Both the position numbers and the translations under genes were made by a program. Below, piece after piece: positions 45,780-54,495 of a stretch of 64,000 bases of DNA. The notes under the pieces are model-generated. The model saw only the letters and a program-made list of their open reading frames with translations. It did not search any database and had not been told where the DNA came from. How positions within the stretch are numbered: the first letter of the stretch is position 1; the number at the start of each line of letters is the position of its first letter. The DNA is from Chloroflexi bacterium UBA4730. GTDB taxonomy: Bacteria > Chloroflexota > Limnocylindria > P2-11E. Location: the NCBI GenBank assembly GCA_002404155.1, contig DHJC01000023.1, positions 98,733-162,732 on the forward strand, given 5' to 3'.

Positions 45780-46721
45780 CTAGCTGAGGCCCCCGACGAG
45801 CTCCAGGAAGCGTGGCTTCACCTCGGTCATCGTCCGCTCGATCGTCTCGCGGTCGAACGGCGGCGACATCCCGAACAGGAACCCCTTCACTCCGACCTTG
45901 TGGTATTCGACGAGCTTTTTCGCGATGTCGTCGGGCTTCCCGAGCAGCCCCGGCCGGTTCGGCGCCTCGACCTTGTTCCGCGCGGCGATCTCGCGCATCC
46001 GTTTGTCGACCGTGTTCAGGTCGTCGCGCACCAGGACCGACCCGCCGGCCGTCGGCGCGATCTCGTTGTAGTTACGGCCGACGTCGTCGCAATGCCTCTT
46101 CAGGACGCCGAGCTTGTGCTTGATCACGTCCGCGGTCCCGAAGCCGTGCCACCAGTCCGCGTAGTGCGCCGTGATCTTGAGCGTCACCTGCTCACCGCCG
46201 CCGCCGATCAGGACCGGCAGGCGCTTCTGGATCGGGCGGGTGCCGAGCGTCGCGCGCTCCAGCTGGTAGTACTTGCCCTGGTACGTCACTTTTCCGGTGT
46301 CGAGCAGGCCGCGGATGATGCGCGTCGCCTCGCGCAGCTTCGCGAGCCGGATCGCCGGCGTGTCGAAGGCGATGCCGTACATCTTGTGCTCGTGCTCGTT
46401 CCACGCGGCACCGATCCCGAGGACCGCGCGACCGTTCGTGATGTTGTCGAGCGTGGCGGCCATGTTCGCGAGCACGGCGGGGTGGCGGTAGGTGTTTCCC
46501 GTGACCAGCATCCCGATCAGCGGCCTCTTCGTGATCGCGCCGAAGGCCGCGAGCACCTGCCAGCCCTCGAGGTTCGGTCCGGTGACGTCGCCCATGAGCG
46601 GGACGAAGTGATCCCAGGTCATGAGGACATCCCAGCCTGCCTGCTCGGCAAGAAGCGCGGCCTCGCGCATCTCATCCCAGGTCGTGTACTGCGGGTGCAG
46701 CTGCAGGCCGAAGAAGGTCAT
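45780..46721 (-). CDS. LLM-class F420-dependent oxidoreductase
   Basis: MTFFGLQLHPQYTTWDEMREAALLAEQAGWDVLMTWDHFVP...LVTGNTYRHPAVLANMAATLDNITNGRAVLGIGAAWNEHEH...LIGGGGEQ. Confidence 0.85.
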   Translation of the reverse strand: MTFFGLQLHPQYTTWDEMREAALLAEQAGWDVLMTWDHFVPLMGDVTGPNLEGWQVLAAFGAITKRPLIGMLVTGNTYRHPAVLANMAATLDNITNGRAVLGIGAAWNEHEHKMYGIAFDTPAIRLAKLREATRIIRGLLDTGKVTYQGKYYQLERATLGTRPIQKRLPVLIGGGGEQVTLKITAHYADWWHGFGTADVIKHKLGVLKRHCDDVGRNYNEIAPTAGGSVLVRDDLNTVDKRMREIAARNKVEAPNRPGLLGKPDDIAKKLVEYHKVGVKGFLFGMSPPFDRETIERTMTEVKPRFLELVGGLS

Positions 46722-46753
46722 TGCCCGCCTCCGAGCGTATAGTCCGAACGCCG

Positions 46754-48097
46754 ATGGCGCTCACCCAGGATCGCACCGACGTCGCGAAAGTCCTCGCGGA
46801 CACGCAGAAGCACGTCCTTGTCAACTGGTCCGCGCAGGGGAATATTTCGCCCCTCGTGATCACTGGGGCGGACGGCGTCTGGCTCCATTCCGGTGATCGC
46901 CGGATCCTCGACTTCAGCTCCGAGCTCGTGAATTCGAACCTCGGCCACGGCCATCCGCGCGTGGTACGCGCGATCCAGGAGCAGGCCGCGATCCTCAACT
47001 ACGTGACTCCCGCCTTCACCACCGAGGCCCAGGCGACGCTCGCCCGGAAGCTCGCGGACGTCGCACCGGGGGACCTGACGAAGACGATCTTCACGACCGG
47101 CGGCACCGAGGCCAACGAGAACGCGATCAAGCTCGCGCGCCTGTACACCGGCCGCCACAAGATCCTCACCCAGTGGCGGAGCTTCCACGGGCAGACCCAG
47201 GGCGCGATGACCCTCGGTGGGGATAACCGCCGCTGGGCGAACGAGCCGGGCATCACCGGTGTCGTGCACTTCCTCAATCCCGATCCGTATCGCTCGGTCT
47301 TCGGCAGCGATGCCCGCAAGGCGCTCGCCCACGTCGAAGAGGTCATCTGGTACGAGGGGCCGCAGTACATCGCGGCGATCCTGCTCGAGCCGATCGTCGG
47401 CACGTCGGGGCTGCTCGTCCCGCCCGACGGATTCCTGCAAGGCCTGCGGACCCTCTGCGACACGTACGGCATCGTCCTCGTGTTCGACGAGGTCATGACC
47501 GGCTTCGGGCGAACCGGGAAGTGGTTCGCGTCCGAGCACTGGAACACCGTGCCCGACATCATGACCTTCGCGAAGGGCGTGAACTCCGGCTATGTCCCGC
47601 TCGGCGGCGCGATCGTGAACGAGAAGATCGCGAAGCACTTCGACGACAACGTGTACTGGGGCGGCCTCACGTATAGCGGCCACGCCCTTGCCTGCGCGGC
47701 CGGCGTGGCGACGATCGAGGCGTACGAGAGCGAAGACCTCATCGGCAACTCCGCACGGATGGGTGAGCTGCTCGGGCGCCAGCTGAACGCGCTCGCGGCA
47801 AAGCACCCGTCCATCGGCGACGTCCGCGGCCGTGGCCTCTTCTGGGGCATCGAGCTCGTGAAGGACCGCGGCACGAAGGAGATGCTCGAGCAGTGGAACG
47901 GGCCGTCGAGCGCGCTCGCCAACGCCCTCAAGGGCGAGCTCATGAAGCGGAACGTGTACGTGTTCTGCCGCTGGAACATGTTGTTCGTCGCCCCGCCGCT
48001 CATCGTCGACGAGGAAGAGCTGCGCATCGGTGTCAAGGCGATCGACGAGGCGCTCGAGGTCGCGGATCGCTTCGCGGCGACCGGCAAGCTCGCATAG
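46754..48097 (+). CDS. Class III (omega) aminotransferase
   Basis: ATG at 46754. TTGGTEANENAIKLAR, VFDEVMTGFGRTG and TFAKGVNSGYVPLGG (PLP lysine). Confidence 0.9.
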   Translation: MALTQDRTDVAKVLADTQKHVLVNWSAQGNISPLVITGADGVWLHSGDRRILDFSSELVNSNLGHGHPRVVRAIQEQAAILNYVTPAFTTEAQATLARKLADVAPGDLTKTIFTTGGTEANENAIKLARLYTGRHKILTQWRSFHGQTQGAMTLGGDNRRWANEPGITGVVHFLNPDPYRSVFGSDARKALAHVEEVIWYEGPQYIAAILLEPIVGTSGLLVPPDGFLQGLRTLCDTYGIVLVFDEVMTGFGRTGKWFASEHWNTVPDIMTFAKGVNSGYVPLGGAIVNEKIAKHFDDNVYWGGLTYSGHALACAAGVATIEAYESEDLIGNSARMGELLGRQLNALAAKHPSIGDVRGRGLFWGIELVKDRGTKEMLEQWNGPSSALANALKGELMKRNVYVFCRWNMLFVAPPLIVDEEELRIGVKAIDEALEVADRFAATGKLA

Positions 48098-49047
48098 CCC
48101 AGCGTCCTCGCCCGCACTGGGGCATCAACCTCCCGGCACAGCACACGACGTGGCCGGAGCTGCGCGACACCGCCGCGCTCGTCGACCGGCTTGGCTTCGA
48201 CTCGCTGTTCACCTGGGATCACTTCGTCCCGCTCGACGGCGATCCGAAGGGTCCGATGTTCGAGGCCTGGGAGCTGCTCGCGGCGTGGGGCGCGCTCACC
48301 TCGCGGGTGCGGCTCGGGACGCTCGTCACCGGCAACACGTATCGCCACCCGCCAGTGCTCGCGAAGATGGTCACGACCCTCGACCACGTGACCAACGGGC
48401 GCGCCATCCTCGGGCTCGGCGCGGCGTGGCACGAGGGCGAGCACGCGATGTACGGACTGCGGTTCCCATCCACCGGCGAGCGCCTCGCCCGGATGGACGA
48501 GGCTGCGCGGGTGCTGCGCCTCTTGCTCGACGACCCGGTCGCCAGCTTCGAGGGCAAGTATTACCAGCTCAAGGACGCGATCGCCGAGCCGAAGCCCGTA
48601 CAGAAACGGCTGCCCATCCTCATCGGAGGCGGCGGTGAGCAGAAGACGCTCCGGACGGTCGCGAAGTACGCGGACTACTGGCACGGCCACGGGACGCCCG
48701 AGGTCATCAAGCACAAGCTCGAGGTCCTCGCGGCCCATTGCGAAGCCGTGGGCCGTGACATCGCGGAGATCACGCCGCTCACGACCATCCGGCCGGACCT
48801 TGTCCTCCGCGACAACGTCCGCGACGTCGAGGCGCAGCTCGAGCGCGTGCGTGCACGGTCGAAGCGCGCCGACCCGCTGCCGGTGAACCCGATCCACACC
48901 GTCGATGCGCTGGTGGACCGCTGCGCCGCGCTCTGGCAGGCCGGCGCACGAGGATTCATCCTGTACTTCATGGCGCCGTTCGATTACGAGACGATCGAAC
49001 GCATCGCCACTGAGGTGCGGCCGAAGGTCGAAGAGGCGATCGCATGA
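48094..49047 (+). CDS. LLM-class F420-dependent oxidoreductase (paralog of 45780-46721); start codon uncertain
   Basis: WGINLPAQHTTWPELRDTAALVDRLGFDSLFTWDHFVP...LVTGNTYRHPPVLAKMVTTLDHVTNGRAILGLGAAWHEGEH...LIGGGGEQ. There is no in-frame ATG/GTG/TTG between the upstream stop and the conserved N-terminus. The coordinate 48094 is the ATA of an ATAG junction. Confidence 0.7.
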   Translation: MAQRPRPHWGINLPAQHTTWPELRDTAALVDRLGFDSLFTWDHFVPLDGDPKGPMFEAWELLAAWGALTSRVRLGTLVTGNTYRHPPVLAKMVTTLDHVTNGRAILGLGAAWHEGEHAMYGLRFPSTGERLARMDEAARVLRLLLDDPVASFEGKYYQLKDAIAEPKPVQKRLPILIGGGGEQKTLRTVAKYADYWHGHGTPEVIKHKLEVLAAHCEAVGRDIAEITPLTTIRPDLVLRDNVRDVEAQLERVRARSKRADPLPVNPIHTVDALVDRCAALWQAGARGFILYFMAPFDYETIERIATEVRPKVEEAIA

Positions 49048-50261
49048 CCGTCGCGGTTCGCGCGGCCACGCTCATCGACGGCACCGGCGCCGATCCGGTC
49101 CGCGGACGCTTCGTGGTCATCGAGGACGGGGTCATCCAGCGCATCGCGAAGGCCGCGCCGAAGGGCGCGGAGGTCATCGACGCCGGCGAGCTCACCATCC
49201 TTCCCGGCCTCATCGACTGTCATGTGCACCTCGCGCTCGGACAGGAGAACATCCAGCAGCGGCTCCTCACGCCCCTGAGCCTCAATACCGCGATGGCGCT
49301 CGTGCACGCGCGCGAGACGCTCGATGCCGGCTTCACCACCGTGCGCGACGCCGGCTTCACCACCCGCGGCGTGAAGATGGCCGTCGAGCGTGGGCTCTTC
49401 GCTGGCCCGCGGATGCGCATCGCGGTCTCGCCGCTCTCGCAGACCGGCGGGCACGGGGATTCGATGACGCCGTCCGGCGTGAACATGTGGCCTGGCGATC
49501 CGGAGCGGCCGAACGGTGTCGTCGACGGGATCGAGGGCGTCCGTCGCGCGAGCCGCGAGGTGCTGCGAGCGGGCGCCGACCAGATCAAGATCATGACCTC
49601 GGGCGGCGTGTTGTCCCCGAACGACGAGCCCGGCGCGACCGGGTTCTCGCCGGAGGAGATCGCCGCCGTCGTGTACGAGGCTCACGCCTCGGGCAAGACC
49701 GTGATGTCGCACGCGCAGGCGACGCAGGGCATCAAGAACGCCGTGCTCGCAGGCGTCGAATCGATCGAGCACGGCATCTACCTCGACGAGGAGACCTGCG
49801 CGGAGATGAAGAAGCGCGGGACGTACCTCGTCGCCACGCTCATCGCGCCGCTCTGGGTGCTCCGCCGCGCCGAGAAGGATCCCTCGGCCATCCCGCCGTA
49901 CGCGCTGCGGAAGGCGAAGGAGGTCGTCGAGGCCCACCGCCGCTCGTTCCGGATGGCCGTCGAGAAGGGCCTGAAGATCGCGATGGGCACCGACACCGGC
50001 GTCGGCCCACACGGGACGAACGCCGAGGAGATCGCGGTCATGGTCGAGAACGGCATGACGCCGATGCAAGCGATCGTCGCGACGACCAGGACGGCAGCCG
50101 AGTGCGCGCGCGTCGACACGCTGGTCGGAACGATCGAGCCCGGCAAGCGCGCGGACCTCGTGGGCGTGCGGGGCGATCCGCTCGCGAACATCGCGCTGTT
50201 CAAGGATCAGAGCTGCGTCGCGTTCGTCATGAAGGACGGCGCGGTCCACAAGCGGAGCTAG
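49044..50261 (+). CDS. Metal-dependent amidohydrolase (amidohydrolase_1 family)
   Basis: ATGA overlap with the upstream gene. LPGLIDCHVHLA (HxH), VMSHAQA, SIEHG and MGTDTG. Confidence 0.85.
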   Translation: MTVAVRAATLIDGTGADPVRGRFVVIEDGVIQRIAKAAPKGAEVIDAGELTILPGLIDCHVHLALGQENIQQRLLTPLSLNTAMALVHARETLDAGFTTVRDAGFTTRGVKMAVERGLFAGPRMRIAVSPLSQTGGHGDSMTPSGVNMWPGDPERPNGVVDGIEGVRRASREVLRAGADQIKIMTSGGVLSPNDEPGATGFSPEEIAAVVYEAHASGKTVMSHAQATQGIKNAVLAGVESIEHGIYLDEETCAEMKKRGTYLVATLIAPLWVLRRAEKDPSAIPPYALRKAKEVVEAHRRSFRMAVEKGLKIAMGTDTGVGPHGTNAEEIAVMVENGMTPMQAIVATTRTAAECARVDTLVGTIEPGKRADLVGVRGDPLANIALFKDQSCVAFVMKDGAVHKRS

Positions 50262-51283
50262 TGCAGCGCTGGCGTCCGCCCGAGGGCTGGCGGCGCATCA
50301 CGACCCTCGATTCGCACGCTGCGGGCGAGCCGCTCCGCATCGTCACCGGTGGGGTCGATCCGATCCCGGGCCGGACGATCCTCGAGAAGCGGCGCTACGC
50401 GCGCGAGCACCTGGACGGACTGCGGCGCGCGATCGTGTTCGAACCGCGCGGCCATGCCGACATGTACGGCGCGATCCCCACCGAGCCGGTGACGGCCGAC
50501 GGCGACCTCGGCGTCCTCTTCATGCACAACGAGGGCTGGAGCACGATGTGCGGCCACGGGATCATCGCCCTGACCACCGCGCTCCTCGAGACCGGGGAGC
50601 GCTCCGGCGATGTCGTTAGATACGACGCGCCGCCCGGCCGGGTGACCGCGCGAGCGACCCGCGATGGGACACGCGTGCGCGAGGTCGCGTTCGAGAACGT
50701 GCCGTCGTTCGCCGTCGCGCTCGACGAGACGGTGGATGTCGAGGGGCTTGGCGAGGTCCGGTACGACCTCGCGTTCGGCGGTGCGTTCTACGCGTTCGTC
50801 GACGCCGATGCCCTCGGCGTGCCGCTCGACGAAAGCGGCTTTCGGCAGTGCATCGACGTCGGGATGCGCATCAAGCGCGCGGTCATGGCAAGCACACCGG
50901 TGCGGCACCCCGAGTCGCCTGATTCCGCGGACCTCTCCTTCTTGTACGGGACGATCCTTACCGGGCGGCCCCACCAACCCGGCGCGGACTCGCGGAACGT
51001 CTGCGTGTTCGCGGAGGGAGAGGTCGACCGGTCGCCCACCGGGACCGGCGTGAGCGCCCGTGTGGCGATCGAGCATGCGCGCGGGCGGCTGCGCGACGGC
51101 GCGAGCTTCACCGTCGAGAGCATCATCGGCACCCGCTTCCGTGGTCGCGCGTTGCGGGCAGCGACGGTGGGTCCATATGCCGCCGTGGTGCCGGAGGTCG
51201 CGGGCTCCGCGTGGACCGTCGGTCGCTCGGAGCTCTGGATCGCGCCCGACGATCCGCTCCGCGAGGGCTTCGTCCTCCGCTAG
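50261..51283 (+). CDS. Proline-racemase-family enzyme of the Cys/Thr type (trans-3-hydroxy-L-proline dehydratase-like)
   Basis: GTG overlaps the upstream TAG. HAAGEPLRIVTGG, STMCGHG (Cys codon 50549-50551) and EVDRSPTGTG (Thr codon 51038-51040, where racemases/epimerases carry Cys). Confidence 0.8.
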   Translation: MQRWRPPEGWRRITTLDSHAAGEPLRIVTGGVDPIPGRTILEKRRYAREHLDGLRRAIVFEPRGHADMYGAIPTEPVTADGDLGVLFMHNEGWSTMCGHGIIALTTALLETGERSGDVVRYDAPPGRVTARATRDGTRVREVAFENVPSFAVALDETVDVEGLGEVRYDLAFGGAFYAFVDADALGVPLDESGFRQCIDVGMRIKRAVMASTPVRHPESPDSADLSFLYGTILTGRPHQPGADSRNVCVFAEGEVDRSPTGTGVSARVAIEHARGRLRDGASFTVESIIGTRFRGRALRAATVGPYAAVVPEVAGSAWTVGRSELWIAPDDPLREGFVLR

Positions 51284-52293
51284 ACCGTCGTGCCTGCGAG
51301 CAATCCGCGCAGCTTCGGGATGATGTCCGTGCCGTATGCCTCGAGCTGCCGCTCCTCGTCACCGCTCATGAGGTAGAGGTTGAACTGCGACATCCCGGCT
51401 TCTGCGAGTGCGTGCAGCTTCTCGACCTGCTCGGCGACCTCACCGGTGACGCAGAAGCGGTCCACTGATTCGTCGTCGACGAAGCCGGCGTTCGACGAGC
51501 CTGACTCCGCATGGTGCTTGTAGTCGTATCCCGGCCGGTTACGCACGTAGCTCGTGAGGTCCGCCGGCAGGCCCTGCTCGCCGTAGCGGCGCACCAGATC
51601 GACGACGTGGTTGCTCACGAGGGCGGGGAACCAGCGCACCCGCTCGCGCACATCCGCCTTGCGGCCCACGTGCGCGGGCGCCGCGACCATCACTTTCACC
51701 TCGCTCGCGTCGCGCTTCGCGGCGCGGGTGCCCTCGCGCAGTAGACCGACGCACCACCGCACGAGGCTCGGGTCGGCGATCTGGATGACCGCGCCGTCCG
51801 CGATGCGGCCGCTGATCGCGAGGGCCTTCGGTCCGTAGCCGGCGATCCACACCGGCAGGTCGTACGGCTCGGCCCAGTCGAGCTTGAGGTCAGTGCCGTC
51901 GTACGTCACCGCGCGACCTTCGCAGAGATCGCGGATCGCGACCGTGGCCGCCTCGAGGTCGTCGAGGGTGGTCGGCTTCTTGCCGAGCACGCGGCGCGCG
52001 GAGTCGCCGCGCCCGATGCCAAGGTCCATGCGGCCTTTTGACAGGATCTGGAGCACCGCGAGGGTGCTCGCCGTGACCGACGGCTCGCGCGTTGCCGGGT
52101 TAGTGACGCACGTGCCGAGCCGCAGCCTCGTGCTGTTCTGGGCCATGAGCGTGAGGAGCACGTACGGCTCCTTCCAAAGAACGTGGCTGTCGAAGACCCA
52201 GCCGTGGGTGAAGCCGCACTGCTCGGCGAGCTTCGTCAGCGAAACGACGCGCTCGAGCGGATGGTCGGGCTTGAGGGTGAAGCCGAATTCCAT
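51280..52293 (-). CDS. LLM-class F420-dependent oxidoreductase (Mer/methylene-H4MPT-reductase-like subgroup)
   Basis: MEFGFTLKPDHPLERVVSLTKLAEQCGFTHGWVFDSHVLWKEPYV...LGTCVTNPATREP...DLGIGRGDSARR. Confidence 0.85.
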   Translation of the reverse strand: MEFGFTLKPDHPLERVVSLTKLAEQCGFTHGWVFDSHVLWKEPYVLLTLMAQNSTRLRLGTCVTNPATREPSVTASTLAVLQILSKGRMDLGIGRGDSARRVLGKKPTTLDDLEAATVAIRDLCEGRAVTYDGTDLKLDWAEPYDLPVWIAGYGPKALAISGRIADGAVIQIADPSLVRWCVGLLREGTRAAKRDASEVKVMVAAPAHVGRKADVRERVRWFPALVSNHVVDLVRRYGEQGLPADLTSYVRNRPGYDYKHHAESGSSNAGFVDDESVDRFCVTGEVAEQVEKLHALAEAGMSQFNLYLMSGDEERQLEAYGTDIIPKLRGLLAGTTV

Positions 52294-52309
52294 AGGGCGC
52301 CGAGTCTAG

Positions 52310-52708
52310 TTACGCGTGCCACTCCACCGTGCGTTCGGCGGTGAGCTTGATCACGAGGTTTCCTGCGAGCGGGAGGTCGTCGTACTGCGGGTATTTCGCG
52401 GTGAGGAGGATGAGCGCCTCGTCGCGTTCCCGTCCGTCCTCGAGCATCTCGGCCGGACCCTCGACGAGTACGTACGAGAGGTTCTTCCAGTCCTCGCTCC
52501 ATCGATCGACGACGAGTGAGGCCCGGCCGGTCTCAGTGATGTTCCGCACGCGCCGGAGGAGCATCGTGCGCTTCGGCTTGCCGTCGATCGCGGTGTAGAT
52601 GTACGGCGGTAGCCAGGCGAAGCACACCGGGACCACGTGCGGGCGACCATCGCCGCTCGCCGTAGCGAGGTGGCCGAGGCGCGCGGTGGCGAGCAGATCC
52701 TCTTTCAG
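52310..52708 (-). CDS. PPOX-class (pyridoxamine-5'-phosphate-oxidase fold) probable F420-dependent enzyme; start codon uncertain
   Basis: LATARLGHLATASGDGRPHVVPVCFAWLPPYIYTAIDGKPKRT...RASLVVDRWSEDWKNLSYVLVEG resembles the Rv0121-type split-barrel family. The only junction start candidate is the CTG at 52708 (CTGA with the upstream stop). The Arg/Gly-rich 5' part of the track ORF overlaps the upstream gene. Confidence 0.65.
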   Translation of the reverse strand: MKEDLLATARLGHLATASGDGRPHVVPVCFAWLPPYIYTAIDGKPKRTMLLRRVRNITETGRASLVVDRWSEDWKNLSYVLVEGPAEMLEDGRERDEALILLTAKYPQYDDLPLAGNLVIKLTAERTVEWHA

Positions 52709-53703
52709 GGGTGCTTCCGCAGGAGCGGCAGGACCTCGGCCGCGTAGTGGGCCATTGCCCGCTCCTGGTCCTTTCCCGGGAAGTGGAAGACGAGGTGGGT
52801 GAAGCCGAGCGCCAGGTACGGCTCGATCTCGGCGACGCACTCGTCGGGATCGTTCGTGACGATGAACCGCGAGTGCGCGTTGTCCGCGGCGCCCGCCGCA
52901 CGGCGCTCCATCTCGCGAGGGTCCTCGACGCCGGCCTTGTCCTCGGCGGGCAGCGCGAGCGCGGCCCACTCGCGAGTGTCGGCGAGCGCGCGGTCGCGGT
53001 CGGCGTCGTAGCTCACCTTGATCTCGATCATCTTTTCGATCGTCGCGGCGTCTCGCCCGGCCTCTCGCGCGCCCTTCTCGAGATTCGGGAGCAGGACGTC
53101 GCGGTAGAGCTCGATGCCCTTCCCGCTCGTGCAGATGAATCCGTCGCCCAGCTTCCCGACCTGCTCCGCGGCCTTCGGGCCGGCGGCCGCGATGAAGATC
53201 GGCACCGGCTCCTTCGGCTTGTCGAAGATCTTTGCCGCCTCGGTGCGGTAGTGCCTGCCCTTCCAGGTGACGTAGTCGTCGGACCAGAGCTCCTTGATTA
53301 GCTCGACAGCCTCACCGAGCCGGCGGAGCCGCTCGCCGGGCGGCGGCCATTCGCGACCGGTGACCGGTGTCTCGTTCATCGATTCGCCGCTCCCGACGCC
53401 GAGGAACACGCGGCCGGGGAATAGCACGCCGAGCGTCGCGAAGGCTTGCGCGACGATCGCCGGGTGATAGCGGAACGTTGGCGTGACGACGCTCGTCCCG
53501 AGGCGAGCCCGGGTCGTGCGTGCGCCCATCGCGCCCAGCCAGGCGAACGAGAACGGCGCATGGCCGTCGGTGTCCTTCCACGGATGGAAGTGGTCGCTGA
53601 CCACGATGCTGTCGAACCCGTGCTTCTCGGCGGCGATCCCGTAGTCGAGCAGCTCGTGCGGGCCGAACTGTTCGGCCGATGCTTTCCAACCGAGGGTGAG
53701 CAC
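52705..53703 (-). CDS. F420-dependent oxidoreductase of the glucose-6-phosphate dehydrogenase (FGD) family
   Basis: LTLGWKASAEQFGPHELLDYGIAAEKHGFDSIVVSDHFHPWKDTDGHAPFSFAWLGAMG...FLGVGSGESMNE is the FGD-family N-terminal signature. GTG start at 53703. Confidence 0.85.
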   Translation of the reverse strand: MLTLGWKASAEQFGPHELLDYGIAAEKHGFDSIVVSDHFHPWKDTDGHAPFSFAWLGAMGARTTRARLGTSVVTPTFRYHPAIVAQAFATLGVLFPGRVFLGVGSGESMNETPVTGREWPPPGERLRRLGEAVELIKELWSDDYVTWKGRHYRTEAAKIFDKPKEPVPIFIAAAGPKAAEQVGKLGDGFICTSGKGIELYRDVLLPNLEKGAREAGRDAATIEKMIEIKVSYDADRDRALADTREWAALALPAEDKAGVEDPREMERRAAGAADNAHSRFIVTNDPDECVAEIEPYLALGFTHLVFHFPGKDQERAMAHYAAEVLPLLRKHP

Positions 53704-53734
53704 GCCTTCACGCTATCAGCGAAACTCTGAGGCG

Positions 53735-54487
53735 GTGTCCGACGTCACGCTCATCCCCATCGACGGCCTTCCAGAGATCAAGCCGGGCGACGACCTCGCC
53801 GCGATGCTCATCCGCGCGCTTCGGGCCAGCGGCCGTTCGTTCGAGGTCGGCGATGTGCTCGCGCTCGCCCAGAAAGTCGTGTCGAAATCCGAAGGGCGCA
53901 TCCGCAAGCTCGCGGACGTCGTGCCTGGCGCGGAGGCCCTGCGTATGGCCGACGAGTCCGGGAAGGACCCGAAGAATTTGCAGGTCGTGCTCGACGAGAC
54001 CGCGCGCATCGTCCGGTGGCAGCGCGGCGTGCTCATCGTCGAGACGAAGCATGGCTTCGTCTGCGCGAACGCCGGCGTGGACCACTCCAACGCCGGCGCG
54101 CCGGACACGCTCATCCTCCTGCCGGTCGACCCGGACGCCTCGGCCGGGCGCATCCGCGAGGGCATCAGGAAGGCGACCGGGGTCGACGTCCCCGTGGTGA
54201 TCACCGACACGTTCGGCCGGGCCTGGCGCGAAGGCCACATGAATATCGCGATCGGCATCAGCGGCCTCCCCGCGCTCCGCCGGTACATCGGCGAGTTCGA
54301 CCCGGATGGCTATGAGCTGCGCGTGACCGAGATCGCGATCGCCGACGAGATCGCGGCCGCGACCGAGCTCGTGATGGGGAAGCTCGATCGCCGGCCCGCG
54401 GCGATCGTGCGGGGACTCACGCGCCCCGAAGGCAGCGAGACCGCGCGCACGTACGTGCGACCGCACGACAAGGACATGTTCAGGTAG
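53735..54487 (+). CDS. cofE: Coenzyme F420-0:L-glutamate ligase
   Basis: LIPIDGLPEIKPGDDLA...LALAQKVVSKSEGR...HGFVCANAGVDHSN...VVITDTFGRAWREGHMNIAIG...DEIAAATELVMGK. The start is the GTG at 53735, or alternatively the GTG at 53696. Confidence 0.85.
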   Translation: MSDVTLIPIDGLPEIKPGDDLAAMLIRALRASGRSFEVGDVLALAQKVVSKSEGRIRKLADVVPGAEALRMADESGKDPKNLQVVLDETARIVRWQRGVLIVETKHGFVCANAGVDHSNAGAPDTLILLPVDPDASAGRIREGIRKATGVDVPVVITDTFGRAWREGHMNIAIGISGLPALRRYIGEFDPDGYELRVTEIAIADEIAAATELVMGKLDRRPAAIVRGLTRPEGSETARTYVRPHDKDMFR

Positions 54488-54495
54488 ACATCGTC

